A stretch of DNA of 64,000 nucleotides. Source: Leucoraja erinacea (Eukaryota). The stretch spans positions 29,512,001 to 29,576,000 of the forward strand of contig NC_073400.1 of NCBI RefSeq assembly GCF_028641065.1, given 5' to 3'. The notes below the pieces were generated by a model, which worked only from the letters and a program-made list of their open reading frames with translations, had not been told where the DNA came from and searched no databases. A program made the position numbers and the translations under genes. The number at the start of each line of letters is the position of its first letter. The first letter of the stretch is position 1. Of the stretch, positions 1 to 11,220 are shown piece by piece.

Positions 1-841
1 TAATATGCTTCAGACGTGCAGATGTTGAGTCAACATATTGGGAATTGTGTTCAGCTTTAGTCCCTCAGCTCCTAGAAAAGTGCCGTTGAGGTGGACAGCG
101 TGCAGAAAGGTTTTAGGGCGACGCTGCCTGGACAGGATGGGATTGACGCAGGGAGCGATTGGACAAACTCAGACTTCATTCCTTGGTGTGGAAATGATTG
201 AGCGAGGAACTTATAGAAATGTATCAATCACGAGAAGCATGTTCATTTTCCCACGATGTGTGGGATGAGGAAGTGGAGGACAGGGGTAATGGGGACTATT
301 TAAAGAGGGGAGAATAGTAAGGTGTCACTTACTGTAATGGCATGTTTTGTACAGATGAGTGGCCGAAGCTGAACACAATTCGCCCAAGTTCGACCTCAAC
401 AACATATGTACAACTGAAACATAACATCCCAACTTCTGTTCTGAGGGACAACATTGTCCACACATTGGGTGATATTTATATGGAACCTGCTGCCAGAGGA
501 GGTTGTTGAGGCAGTTAGAATAATAGCAGTTAAGATGCATTTTGGACAGTTGCGTAGATTTGGGATCATTGCGAGTGATAAGGGAGAAACATGGACACAA
601 GGAAATGGCCCAGAAAGACATGTTGGTCGGCATGAATGAGCTGTTGTGATGGGCATCTTTCGGTTCTCTATAACTCTAACCTTCTTCGGTTTCTGGGCTT
701 CACACACTCACAGAGATGTGGATGAGCCGGTGAGATGTGAACCGGACGGTTCGGGCTGAGATAAAGGGCTGCTGAGATTTAGCACGTGTTTGGTTTTGAA
801 CTGTTCATACAGGTGACTGAATGTTTGCTCCATTCCCACAG

Positions 842-1162
842 AACCCGTGTCTGCTCCTGTGCTCAGATATCTGTCACCAGCAAATGCCTCACGTCTCGGA
901 GGCTCAGTGTCAGTGTCCTGTGCGTCTGCCAGTGGATCCCTTCCCATCCATTACACATGGTGTGAGAAGAACGAGCATCGGTGGTCAACGATCTTGTCTG
1001 GCAATCAACTGGATCTGAGTTGTGAAATCCTCGCCGGCCAACATCGTCAATATTACTGCACAGCCTCAAATAATCTTGGGACAAAACCGAGTGAAATACT
1101 CAACGTGAAAGTCTTCAAAGGAGAAGGAATGTGCAGTTATGTGACAGAAATGAACAATGCAG
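842..1162 (+). CDS. Gene 1 exon: C2-type Ig domain a
   Basis: cccacag|AACCC acceptor, GCAG|gtgagt donor, phase 1-1; VSVSC...YTW...QYYCTASN. Confidence 0.9.
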
Positions 1163-4100
1163 GTGAGTGTTAACTCATTCACCCTTGGGTGAACCATTCA
1201 CCAGTTTAAGAAGCACTGGCCTAGGCCACAGTTTCGCTGAACACTTGTGCTTGGTCTGTCGTGACCCAGAATCGCGCTTGAAAGACACCCCATTCTCAAC
1301 CTCCCCTGCTGATGCAGAGCAGCAGCAGTTTACACCATCTGCACGATGCACTGCAGCAACTCACCAAGACTCCCTAGACAGCGCCTTCCAATTGCAACAG
1401 GCTCCGTGTTCAATGCATTATTTTTCACCATTCACACCCACATTGGCTGGGAAGCGCTTTTGGAACGACCTGTACAGGTGGTGAGGGATAGTGTACAGTA
1501 TCTGTCTCTCATCGCAATCTAGGTGGAATTCAACACAGCTAAGAAAATGATTGGGCGGAGTCCCTTGTATACTAGAATGTGTATGTTTGTGAAAGGCTAA
1601 TTTTGCTCTTCAATTTATCAAAGATGCTTCCTTTAGTTTCAGGTGCACTATGGGCTGAGAGCGAAGTAAGAGGGGTTCTGGGAAGAGCGATCACAATCGA
1701 TTGTCACTATGCAGCAGTGTACCGCTCACACACAAAATACTGGTGCCGTGGGACAAGTCGCCAGTGTACACATGTGGGTGAAACAAATGGGAAGAGCGGA
1801 AGAGCGTCATTCACAGATAACCCGGCACGAGGAATATTTACTGTGACTGTGGAGGATCTTCACTCTGCTGATACAGGATGGTACAGTTGTGGAATTACTG
1901 CACCTGGCGAACCAACATTTAAAGTATATCTCCAAATATCTGAAGGTAGGTTTCTCAATGAGTGACTTTATGTCTCCACTTTGGCAACTCATAAAACATT
2001 TGTTAGGTGGGAATCTGGTGCACAGTTCTGGTCGCCGCTTTATAAAACAAAAGATGTGGAAGGTTTGGAGAGGTTACAGAAAATGTCACCGGGATATTTA
2101 GTTGTAGTTTACAAATGTAACTTGGAAACGGATCCTTCGACCCACCGAGTCCACACCGACTAGCGATCACCGGTCACACTAGTTCTATGTTATTCCACTT
2201 CCCCATTCGCTCCCTACACACAATTCTACAATACCGTCATTCACACACATCATTAGTTCAACAGTATCACCATCAACAATTTTATACAAGGAAATTTGAA
2301 CTTTGTTGAGAGTGTTACTGTTGCACTAATGAGGTGTTTGAATATTGGTATTGTAGAATTGTGGCAGAGGTTCAGATTACAAATACTGCAAATTCTGGAA
2401 ACATTGAACAAATAGAGATGGTGCTGCTGTGTACTGGTCCAGTGGCTGACATGGTAGTTCTTTCAGAGGGGAGGATGGAGAGCCACAGAGATGTACAAAT
2501 CTGGTAAATGGATTGTGAGGAGAAGGAGCTTTCTGACAGGCAATTAGGCTGTCGCTTTGAAATGTAGCATCTGAGTAGCTGACATTGTCCTCATCTGTAC
2601 TGGAGTGTGTCCATGTTGATTCCCTTCAAAATTGCGCTCCAGCATACACAGTTTGATTTTAATTAGACAAATGGGCAGCATCCTTGTTGTTTTCAATGTC
2701 TAACAGTGTTGCATAAACGATGCTCCCTTTTCCTGCTGGTAATTCCTGAAATGTATAAGAGAATCCAAGATGTGTCTGATGATTTGTCTGATTTGTGTTC
2801 AGTTTTAGTTGGATAGGGTGCAGAATAGATTTACAAGGATGTTGCGATGACTTGAGGGCCCGACTTCGAGGGACGGGTTATAGACAATAGACAATAGACA
2901 ATAGAAAATTGAGCAGACTAGGACATTATTTCTTGGAGCGCAGTAGGAAGAAGGATGATCTTATGGCAGCTACAAAATCATGTGATGAATAGATCGAGTA
3001 AATGCACAGTCTTTTGCCCCGAGTAGGGGAATCGAGAACCAGAGGACATAGTTTTAAGATGAGGGGGGAATGATTTAACAAGAACCTGGGGAGTAACGTT
3101 TTTACACAATGGTTGGTAGGTATATGAAACGAACAGCCGACAGATGTAGTTATGGCAGGTACTATCACAACATTTAAGAATAATTTGGACAGGTACATGA
3201 ATAGTATAAGTTTAGAGGGTTAAGGGCCAAGCAAGGGCAGGTGGTACTAGTGGAGATTGGGCGTGTTGGTCAGTGCGGGCAGGTTTGACTGAAAGGCCTG
3301 TTTCTACGCTGTATGACTCTATGACTCTATGACTAAGTAGATGGGTGTGTCAGATTCCAACCAGGCAGCTCTGGCTAAGATACAGAGATGTTGGATATTG
3401 GCGAGTGTTTGATTTTATGATGTTCACTCAGTGTCTGACTGTTTGCTCCTTTCCCACAGAACCCGTGTCTGTTCCTGTGCTTGGATTTCTGTCACCAGCC
3501 AATGTTTCCTGTCTCGGGGGCTCATTGACAGTGACAGTGTCCTGTGAGTCGCTCCGGGGATCGCTTCCCATTAGCTACATCTGGTATGAAAAGGCCCCAT
3601 CTGGGGATTCAAAGATCTCAGACAACAATGCCCTGGATCTACATTGTCAATCCTTCAAACACCAGCACCATCAATATTTCTGCACAGCCTCAAATCAACA
3701 TGGATCAAAATCCAGTGAAATGGTCAACGTGTCCATCTCCAGCAGTGACGTGCCCTGCAGTTTCCTAATAAAAATCAACAGCACTGGTAAGTAGTGGAGG
3801 GGATGAGGAGAAGAAGGGGAAGTGGGGGCGGGGTGGTTCATAAAATCACGTGATAAAAGCAGTAATAGACCATTCAATCATGACTGATCTATCTTCCCCT
3901 CTTCACCCCATTCTCCTGCCTTCTCCCCAAAGCCCCGACACCCTGAAATCCATGAACTTTATTTAATTAACTTGTCGAGATTAAAATGATGAAATTATGG
4001 CCCATTTGTCAATACTTGGTTGCTGGGCTCCAGAATTAGATTTCCCAGTGCTGGTGTAGGCCAGCTTCCCTGCTAGAACTTCCTCTTATGTTTACACAGC

Positions 4101-6290
4101 TTTAAGCTAGGTATCTGGTGACATCAGTCCAAGCACTTTCACTTTCCGTCATCATCTCCACATGGCCACTCAAATGTGGGACGGGATCAGTAAATCTGGC
4201 CACAATAAAATCCGAGACGACGGTATTAGATTTGGTCCACTGTGTGAATGTTGTGTATTCAGTACCATCGATACTAATCCCATTTACCAGCACCTCGTCC
4301 ATTGTGGCAATGCAGATACCTCCACCTTCTAGGTTTAAAAATATTTATTGATTGCCTTGAAACATCCTGCTCCAAAAATTAACCATATGTTCTCCACTTT
4401 TACACATATGTGCCGTGCACAATTTATCAAAAAAGACCCCATCTATACTGCTCAGAGTTTTGCACATCTGTAATAGGTTTCCCCTTCCTCGCCTATCCTG
4501 CATGGACTTTTATAAAATCCCTATCTGGATTTTGAAGGTGGATAAAATTAAGAAGGAACTGCAGATGCTGGAAAATTCGAAGGAAGCTAATCGACCATGT
4601 CTAAGGAAGGGTCACGACCCGAAACATCACCTATTGCTTCTCTTCATAGATGCTGCCTCACCCGTTGAGTTTCTCCAGCATTTTTGTCCACCTTCGATTT
4701 TTCCAGCACCTCCAGTTCCTTTTTAAAGATATACTAATAGCTGGTGTTTTGATTGGGAATGCTTTAATGGGGGGGAAAGTTGTGCCTTCCTTTCACTGAC
4801 ATTAAATGTTGTGAGAGTATTGATCTGAATTCACAGAGGCACAGCCTGTAGAATCACAGCCTCACAACGCCACGACCCTGGTTCATTGGGTGCTGTCTAC
4901 GTGTGGTCTGCATGTTTTGCCTTAAAATTGTGTTAGTTTCATTTAAGTGCTCCAATTTCCTCCCAGCTCCCTTCCACCATTAGCATTGATCCTTTTTTAC
5001 TATTCCTGACAATCCATGTGGATTTTATTATAATCTTCCTTGCATCTGCATATTCTTTCTTCCAGGGTATTAGACTGTTCTTTGTATCCTTCCACATCCC
5101 CAGTTTCCCTCTCCCGTGACACCCAGTCTGAAGAAGGTGCTCGACCCAAAACCTCACGCATTCCTTCTCTCCAGAGATGCTGCCTCTCTCGCTGTGTTTT
5201 TCCAGCATTTAGTGTCTATCTACTCCGTATTCACTGTATTAACTGCTCCATCTGATGACTTATTTCTCTTTCTCCGAATCCATTTAACGGTGTAATCTCT
5301 CAATCGCAGCCTTGATGCCATGCTCCAGCAATGGTGTAGTAATTGGTGATCACGAGTTGCCCCCCCCACCCCAGTCCAACTCCCGTTCTTTCTCCAACCT
5401 GATCTCCATTGACTCTGCTGCTTCGCCCCGCTCCACTTCACCAAGATTATGAAGCAAATAACAGGTAAATGTTTCAAAGATAAACCGTCTCGTTTCCTCC
5501 CATTGATTCTGTATCTCTTGCCCTTTGCCCAGTTACATCTCATGGGAAGTGGGGCGCTGGATGTTTTTTCTCCTGCTTGTGATCTGGAGTATCTCAACCG
5601 CGGTGTTCACAAGAGACTCTAAGGTAGGTTTTATTGTCATCATGTTCATAAATTATAGGTGCAGTATTAAGCCATTCAGTCCATCATATCTAATCCGCCC
5701 CCAATCACGGCTGATCTATCCTTCCCTCTCGATCCCATTCACATGCCTTCTCCTCATAACCATTGGAATCCATATTTATCAAGAATATGAAAATATCCGC
5801 CTTAAATATATCAATCGATTTGGATGGATGCAAAATTGCTGGAGTAGCTCAGCGGGACAGGCAGCATCTCCGGTGTGAATTGACTTGGCCCCCACAGCCT
5901 CCTGTGGCAATAAATTCCATAGATTCACCACCCTCTGCCCAAAGCAATTACCTCTCTTCACCGAATGTTTCCAAACGGTTTCCAGTAATGCTTTCAAATA
6001 TCCTGTCAATTGATAGAAACAAAAACCGTGCAAGTTTTCATACCCTGAAGTTAAACCAAATCGCTGTGTAGATGATATCACGAGGTTTTGTCAGGTTGTA
6101 CGTGTGCAGGGTGGATTTCTGTGCCCGGTGTGGATTCTGTGGGGTTCATCTTCCAGACATCAATGTGTTGGGAGTGGTCGGGTCAAATAAAGCGCGGTTC
6201 CCACTGTCAGTCAGTCTGATGACCTCACATTGTCTTTTGCAGAGACGCGATGAGCCAGAATCTCGCCATTCGACCCACGAATTACAATGA
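842..6290 (+). CDS. Gene 1 (5'-partial): CD300/pIgR-like (MDIR-like) multi-Ig receptor, activating type; exons C2a, V2, C2b, candidate micro-stalk, charged TM, short tail
   Basis: Exons 842-1162, 1637-1945, 3460-3786, (5446-5464), 5533-5623, 6243-6290 have AG/GT boundaries and compatible phases if the micro-exon is used; paralogous to genes 2-4. Leader and V1 would lie upstream of the window. Confidence 0.8.
1637..1945 (+). CDS. Gene 1 exon: V-type Ig domain 2 (CD300/pIgR-like)
   Basis: ITIDCHY...KYWC-x6-C...DTGWYSCG with the extra C-C' cysteine pair; tandem acceptors at 1637/1643; GAAG|gtaggt donor. Confidence 0.92.
2380..2745 (-). pseudogene. Inverted fossil cytoplasmic (ITIM) exon in the V2-C2b intron of gene 1
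   Basis: Minus strand tacatttcag|GAA...: ELPAGKGSIVYATL...TVYAGA...VSYSDA with two in-frame stops; aligns to the start of the gene 3 terminal exon EMTALEGTDIYANL. 3' boundary approximate. Confidence 0.65.
2808..3335 (+). mobile_element. CR1 LINE 3' fragment (old; shared at ~17941-18255, ~31290-31805, ~50125-50620)
   Basis: Degenerate ...agaaccagaggacatagttttaagatgag... and (ctatga)n tail; boundaries approximate. Confidence 0.7.
3460..3786 (+). CDS. Gene 1 exon: C2-type Ig domain b
   Basis: cccacag|AACCC acceptor, ACTG|gtaagt donor, phase 1-1; VSCES...YIWYEK...QYFCTASN; 6 nt longer than paralogs. Confidence 0.9.
4549..4725. mobile_element. Penelope-derived short inverted-repeat element
   Basis: aaggaactgcagatgctggaaaattcgaagg ... 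ccttcgatttttccagcacctccagttcctt arms. Confidence 0.7.
5446..5464 (+). CDS. Gene 1 candidate 19-nt stalk micro-exon (DYEANNS)
   Basis: pyrimidine-rich ...ccacttcaccaag|ATTATGAAGCAAATAACAG|gtaaat; converts phase 1 to the phase 2 needed by the TM exon; conserved in gene 2; downstream intron is only 68 nt. Confidence 0.5.
5533..5623 (+). CDS. Gene 1 exon: transmembrane segment with charged residues (SYISWEVGRWMFFLLLVIWSISTAVFTRDSK)
   Basis: tttgcccag| acceptor, AAG|gtaggt donor; hydrophobic stretch preceded by E-x-x-R. Confidence 0.85.
6243..6290 (+). CDS. Gene 1 terminal exon: short Tyr-free tail RRDEPESRHSTHELQ*
   Basis: tcttttgcag| acceptor in phase 0 matches the TM donor; conserved in gene 2; AATAAA at 6431 and 6484. 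Confidence 0.75.
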   Translation, partial: RRDEPESRHSTHELQ

Positions 6291-6430
6291 AGACACCTAG
6301 CTTGCACCATCTTAATTTTTGTCACCTGCTACAAGGTTTCTTTCGTCAGCTTCGAACTATTCTTTTAACATTTGCGTGGTTTCTGTTGTTCCTGTCTTAT
6401 ACTATATTAAACGCATACAGCTTGGTGGGG

Positions 6431-6436
6431 AATAAA
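6431..6436 (+). terminator. Candidate polyadenylation signal of gene 1
   Basis: AATAAA ~140 nt after the stop codon; conserved at 22115-22120 in gene 2. Confidence 0.5.
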
Positions 6437-6832
6437 ACGTTTTTCACTGGTCAATGAATAATAATGCACCAGAGTGCATTATTAATAAATGGTTGTGGCA
6501 AAAAATGGTTTGTCTAATTTGTTTTGTTTAGACCGCAACTTTAGTGATGAAGAACAGACTGCAATCTGACAGCTGGATAATCCTCCTGTTGCCAAACGTT
6601 AAAGGCGTTTCGGAAATACAATCAATTAATATTTCACACCATGTTATCCCATAAGGACAAAATTATGCAACGAGTTTGTTCAGACCTTAAGCCTTATTTG
6701 TCTCTCCACCGATGCTGACTGAGGTGCTAAGCACACCCATCATCTGCAAATTTAATTTCCGATGTGCAACTAATGTTCAGATAGGAAGGAACTGATGATG
6801 CTGGTTTAAACTGAAGATGGACATACATTTGC

Positions 6833-7472
6833 ATAGAAACATAAAAACGTAGAAAATGGGTGCAGGAGGAGGCCATTCAGCCCTTCGAGCCAGCACCACC
6901 ATTCATTGTGATCATGGCGGATCGTCCCCTATCAATAACCCGCGCCTGCCTTCTCCCTATATCCATTGCCTCCACCAGCCCCTAGAGCTCTATCTAAATC
7001 TCTCTTAAATCCATCCAGTGACATGGCCTCCACTGCCCTATATGGCAGGGAATTCCACACATTCACAACTCTCTGGGTGAAAACGTTTTTCTCACCTCAG
7101 TCTTAAATGACCTCCCCTTTATTCTACGACTGTTGCCCCTGGTTCTGGACTCGCCCAACATTGGGAACATTTTTCATGCATCTAGCTTGTCCAGTCCTTT
7201 TATATTTTTATATGTTTCTATAAGATATCCCCTCATCCTTCTAAACTCCAGTGAATACAAGCCTAGTCTATTCAATCTTTCCTCATATGACAGTCCCGCC
7301 ATCCCAGGGATCAATCTCCCGAATCCACGCTGCACTGCTTCAATCACAAGGATGTCCTTCCTCAAATTAGGAGACCAAAAATGTACACAATACTCCAGAT
7401 GTGGTCTCACCGGAGCCCTATACAACTGCAGAAGAACCTCTTTACTCCTATACTGAAATCGTCTTGTTATGA
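6833..7472 (-). mobile_element. CR1 LINE 3' fragment
   Basis: Minus ORF LLQLYRAPVRPHLEYCVHFWSP...LSYEERLNRLGLYSLEFRR; tail near 6833. Confidence 0.88.
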
Positions 7473-7483
7473 AGACCAAATTG

Positions 7484-7771
7484 CTGAGGTAACACAGCCT
7501 GACCGGCGGCACCTGTGGATAGATCAGGTAGATTTAGGCGGGTTGAGCGGCAGCGTTCAGCGAAACGATCGCAGAGCCTGCGCTTGTTCTCGCTTCTCGG
7601 TGACCTACCTGATACCTCGCTAAATACTTTAACTCCCCCTCCCATTCCCACACTGGCATTGCTGTCCTGGCCATCCTCCATTGTCAGATTGAGTCCGAGC
7701 GCAAATTGGAGGAAGAGCACCTCATATTTCGCTTGGGCAGCAGTATGAACATTGACTTCACTATCTTCAAG

Positions 7772-7774
<3 letters not shown>
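7484..7774 (+). mobile_element. Penelope-like fragment (GIY-YIG C-terminal region)
   Basis: ...aaattggaggaagagcacctcatatttcgcttgggcag..., similar to 57924-58160. Confidence 0.65.
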
Positions 7775-7804
<30 letters not shown>

Positions 7805-7814
7805 ACCCCCCCCA

Positions 7815-8732
7815 AAAAACGTTTTTTTTCTACTAAACAAAGACAAAACTGTGGTAGTTGTTTTTGGAGCCAAAGAGGAACGATTGAAACTCAATACTCA
7901 ACTTCAATCGGACAAATTCGGAATTCGTGATGTAATCGTGGACTCAGACCTGAATTTCAACAGCCACTTTAGGACAATTACTATGTCAGACAACTATAAC
8001 CTTAAGAATATATCAAGGTTTAAGGACTTATGTTTCAGCAGGATTTGGAAAAACTTGTCCATGCTTTTATCTTCAGTAGACATGACTACTGTAATACTAT
8101 CCTCACAAGTCTCACTAAAAAATCGATTAGACAGCTGCAGTTGATTCAGAACGCTGCTGCTCTCTAAGACCAAGAAAGTAGATCGCAACACTCCAATTAT
8201 GAGCTCTTTATACCGGCTTCCATTCAGTCAAAGAATTGTTTTCAAAATATTACTGTTGGTTTATAAAACTCTGAATGGTCTAGGGCCAAAATACATTTCT
8301 GATATTCTGCTTCATTATGAACCATCCAGACCTCTGAGGCCGTCTGGGACTTGTCTGCTTTCTGTCCCCAGAGTTAAACATGGAGAAGCAGCGTTTAGTT
8401 TTTATGCACAATGTTTATGTAACAAACTTCCTGAAAAATGCAGGTCCGCTCCAACTCTCAGCCTTTTAAATCGGGGATGAAGACGTTGCTATTTGACGTT
8501 GCTTTTAATTATTTTTAATTCTAATTAAATTAAATAATTATTAATTTAAACACTGCACTGCAATTTTTATTCTTGTATTTTATGCCATTCTATTTTAGCT
8601 TGTTTTTATTTTCTATTCTCTTTAATTACATTTTAATTGCTTCAGATTACTTTTTAATGCTTTGTGTAATGCACTTTGAAGTGTCTTGTTGCTGAAATGT
8701 GCTATATGAATAAACATGCTTGCATGCTTGCT
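7815..8732 (+). mobile_element. L2-clade LINE 3' fragment
   Basis: NKDKT...DSDLNFNSH, LIQNAAA, QRIVFKILLLVYKTLNGLGPKYISDILLHYEPSRPLR, GEAAFSFYA; (gctt)n-like tail. Confidence 0.85.
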
Positions 8733-11179
8733 AGGGTAGTGTTAATGTGCGGCGATCGCTGGTCAGTGTAGACTCGATGGGCTGAAGGGCCTGATTTCGC
8801 GCTGTATCTCTAAACTAAACTAAACTAAACTAAACTAGTGGAAAGTCTATTCTTGTGCAGAACAAAATGGTTACGTTGCAGCTTGCAAAGGGCGGGGTGT
8901 GAAACTGCAAATACATTGTGTTGCTTTCCTCAGTCTGACTTGTGACTGTAACCCCGCCCATGAAAGAACTGTGGAGGATGTTGTTTGGAAATAAGAAATG
9001 GCGACCTGCAAAAATGAAGTAAACACCATCAAGTTCGGATAGACTCAAGGATTGCTTTGGGTAAAATGTCCCACTGACATAGATAAATATTCTCCACATA
9101 TTAAGCGGGGTGGGGGAGGGGGGGGGGGGGGCGAGGAGATGAGACCAGAGGCTGCTTTGAACCCACAAACCCCCAGGTCAGGGATATCAGAGAGGTGCTC
9201 AATAGCCAGAGTTACTTGCAGATTCTGTGGTCACACTGATGCTGCCTGGCCCGTTCAAGTGGAGCTTGTTAATGGTCTATTAGGAGGAATGATCTTGAAT
9301 TGGAGATTTTCCCCACTGCAAGACATCCCAAAGTGCCTCACAGATAGTGAGAGATAATCGGTCAGAGATGCCACAGATGGACCCAAAATACTGGAGAAAA
9401 TCAGCGGAATAGGCAGCATCACTGGAGGGAAAGAACGGGTGACATTTCGGATCGATGGCACTGTTGGTTTTAGCGATGGCTGCTGACTTGGAATGTACTT
9501 TAATCTAACAGCAGGACAAATTTTGTTCAAACAGTCATTTATTTCTTTACACTGAATTGTTCTGCAGTGCTGACACTTTGTTCGCGCTGCTGAAACAAGC
9601 GTGTGTAGATTCATATCTCTGAACCGCATCTTGCGAGCAGCTCGCTGTAACACTGTTTGCTGAGCAGTGTTTGCAGAAGTCATGGGTCAATGGCGAATGA
9701 AGACATAATGTAATTGTTTTGCTGCATTGTCGGTTCCTCTCTGCAATGTTTTAGTTGGGCAAGTAAACCGGAAATAGATCCCAACAAAAGATCCTTTACT
9801 GAGGGTCGCCAACGCTCAGCTAACATCAGTTGCGGACACATCAGTGTGTTACACCCATACCACGTGATACACAACGTTGCCATTGATGTACACAACCCGA
9901 ATAAACTGCACTGATCCCCTGTAAAATAACACACCCGGAACGATAGCAGACAGCAGATGTTAGGATATATTATAATGCAACTAGTTACCTACAGAATGAA
10001 ATCGTTGCAATCAGATGTACACAATCAGCCAATAGAATGCACGTGAACATAACTGATAATTTATTAGCTCTGCGTTGCAAAGAAGACAAGTTAACAATTC
10101 TATTCACCGTGCATATTCTACCTTGCTTTAACTTCACTAAGTGTATCACTTTGCCCTTGTTTGAGTTACATTACACATGTCAGTTACATTCCACATCCCG
10201 CTTTCCCAGCTGATTTCCATCCTGTGATAATTCTAGACAAAATTCTTCACAGACCACTACACCATTAATTGTCATTTACAAAACATGAATATCATGACAA
10301 TAGTGTTTCAAAGTTGGAAATAAATAGTTGATGTAGAGTGAAGAGCCTCAAACTCCAATTAACCTCAGCTGATTTCGGGTCAAAAGCCCCTACTTCCTAA
10401 CGCCAGCTTCCTGTTTTGCCTCTTGTCACCGGCAATATGCCAAAACAAAAGTTCCAATGATTATATTTTTGATCTGCCGATCCACTTACAAAATCATCAA
10501 GAGGGAATGATCCGGAAGTGTACACATCTTAGAAGTATCTACTCTTCTAAATGTCGTATTTTAACCAACGTATCATTGTTTACACGAAGGGTCCCGACCC
10601 GAAACGTCACCTATCAATTTTCTCCAGGGGTACTGCCTGGCCCGCAGAGTTGCTCCTATCACTATTCAGCGTTCACAGATTCTGAGTACAGAGATAACCG
10701 CCGCTCCATCCTTATGGATACATCACACTTGACGAAGGCTGAAGTAGGCCAATTTCTAGTCAACGTGTATGGGGCATTGCTTTAAGGTCATGGATGGGGA
10801 AGTTTGGGGCATGTTTAGTAACATTGGACAAATTGACCCTTTGATGAGCATATTGGTTTAACGAGCTGGGGAGAAGGGCCTGTTTCACGCGTAGACTCGT
10901 GGGATCATCCAGACCCACACCAACTTTGCTATTTTTATAATCCTTGATGAGCCTGTTCAGAACTTACTGACAGTTGCGTAAATAGCACTGCTCGGCGTGA
11001 AAGCCGCGTTGACCTGTGTCTCAACGAGCTCAGACAGTTCTCTGTTCATAAGCCCTGTACTCCTAAAGCCAGCTTGCTGTTTGTTGGTGAAGCTATCACA
11101 GCGATGCAGTATACACTTCGAATGATTATATCGAGAGTCTGTCGATCCACTTAGAAAATCTGACAGACAATGATCCGGA

Positions 11180-11220
11180 CTTGTCACCTGTGGATAAAAC
11201 TACAAATGTGAATTCCCATT
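11180..11220 (+). pseudogene. Gene 2 degraded leader-exon remnant
   Basis: cttgtcacctgtggataaaactacaaatgtgaattcccatt resembles cttgtcactatggataaaacaatgtggattcccatt of genes 3/4, with indels. Confidence 0.55.

Noticed and set aside
38-268. Short ORFs recurring in each unit (e.g. 38-268 and 28720-28950; 9680-9934 and 24111-24365)
   Set aside because: Recurrence is explained by recent segmental duplication of intronic or old repeat sequence; no domain signal or splice support
3787-3794. In-frame stop immediately after the C2b donor in all copies (GK*), suggesting a secreted isoform
   Set aside because: Largely dictated by the GTAAGT consensus and shared ancestry; no convincing nearby polyA signal
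7752-8144. Poly-Pro / poly-Gly ORFs (also near 20147-20665 and 22165-22443)
   Set aside because: Translations of C/G homopolymer tracts
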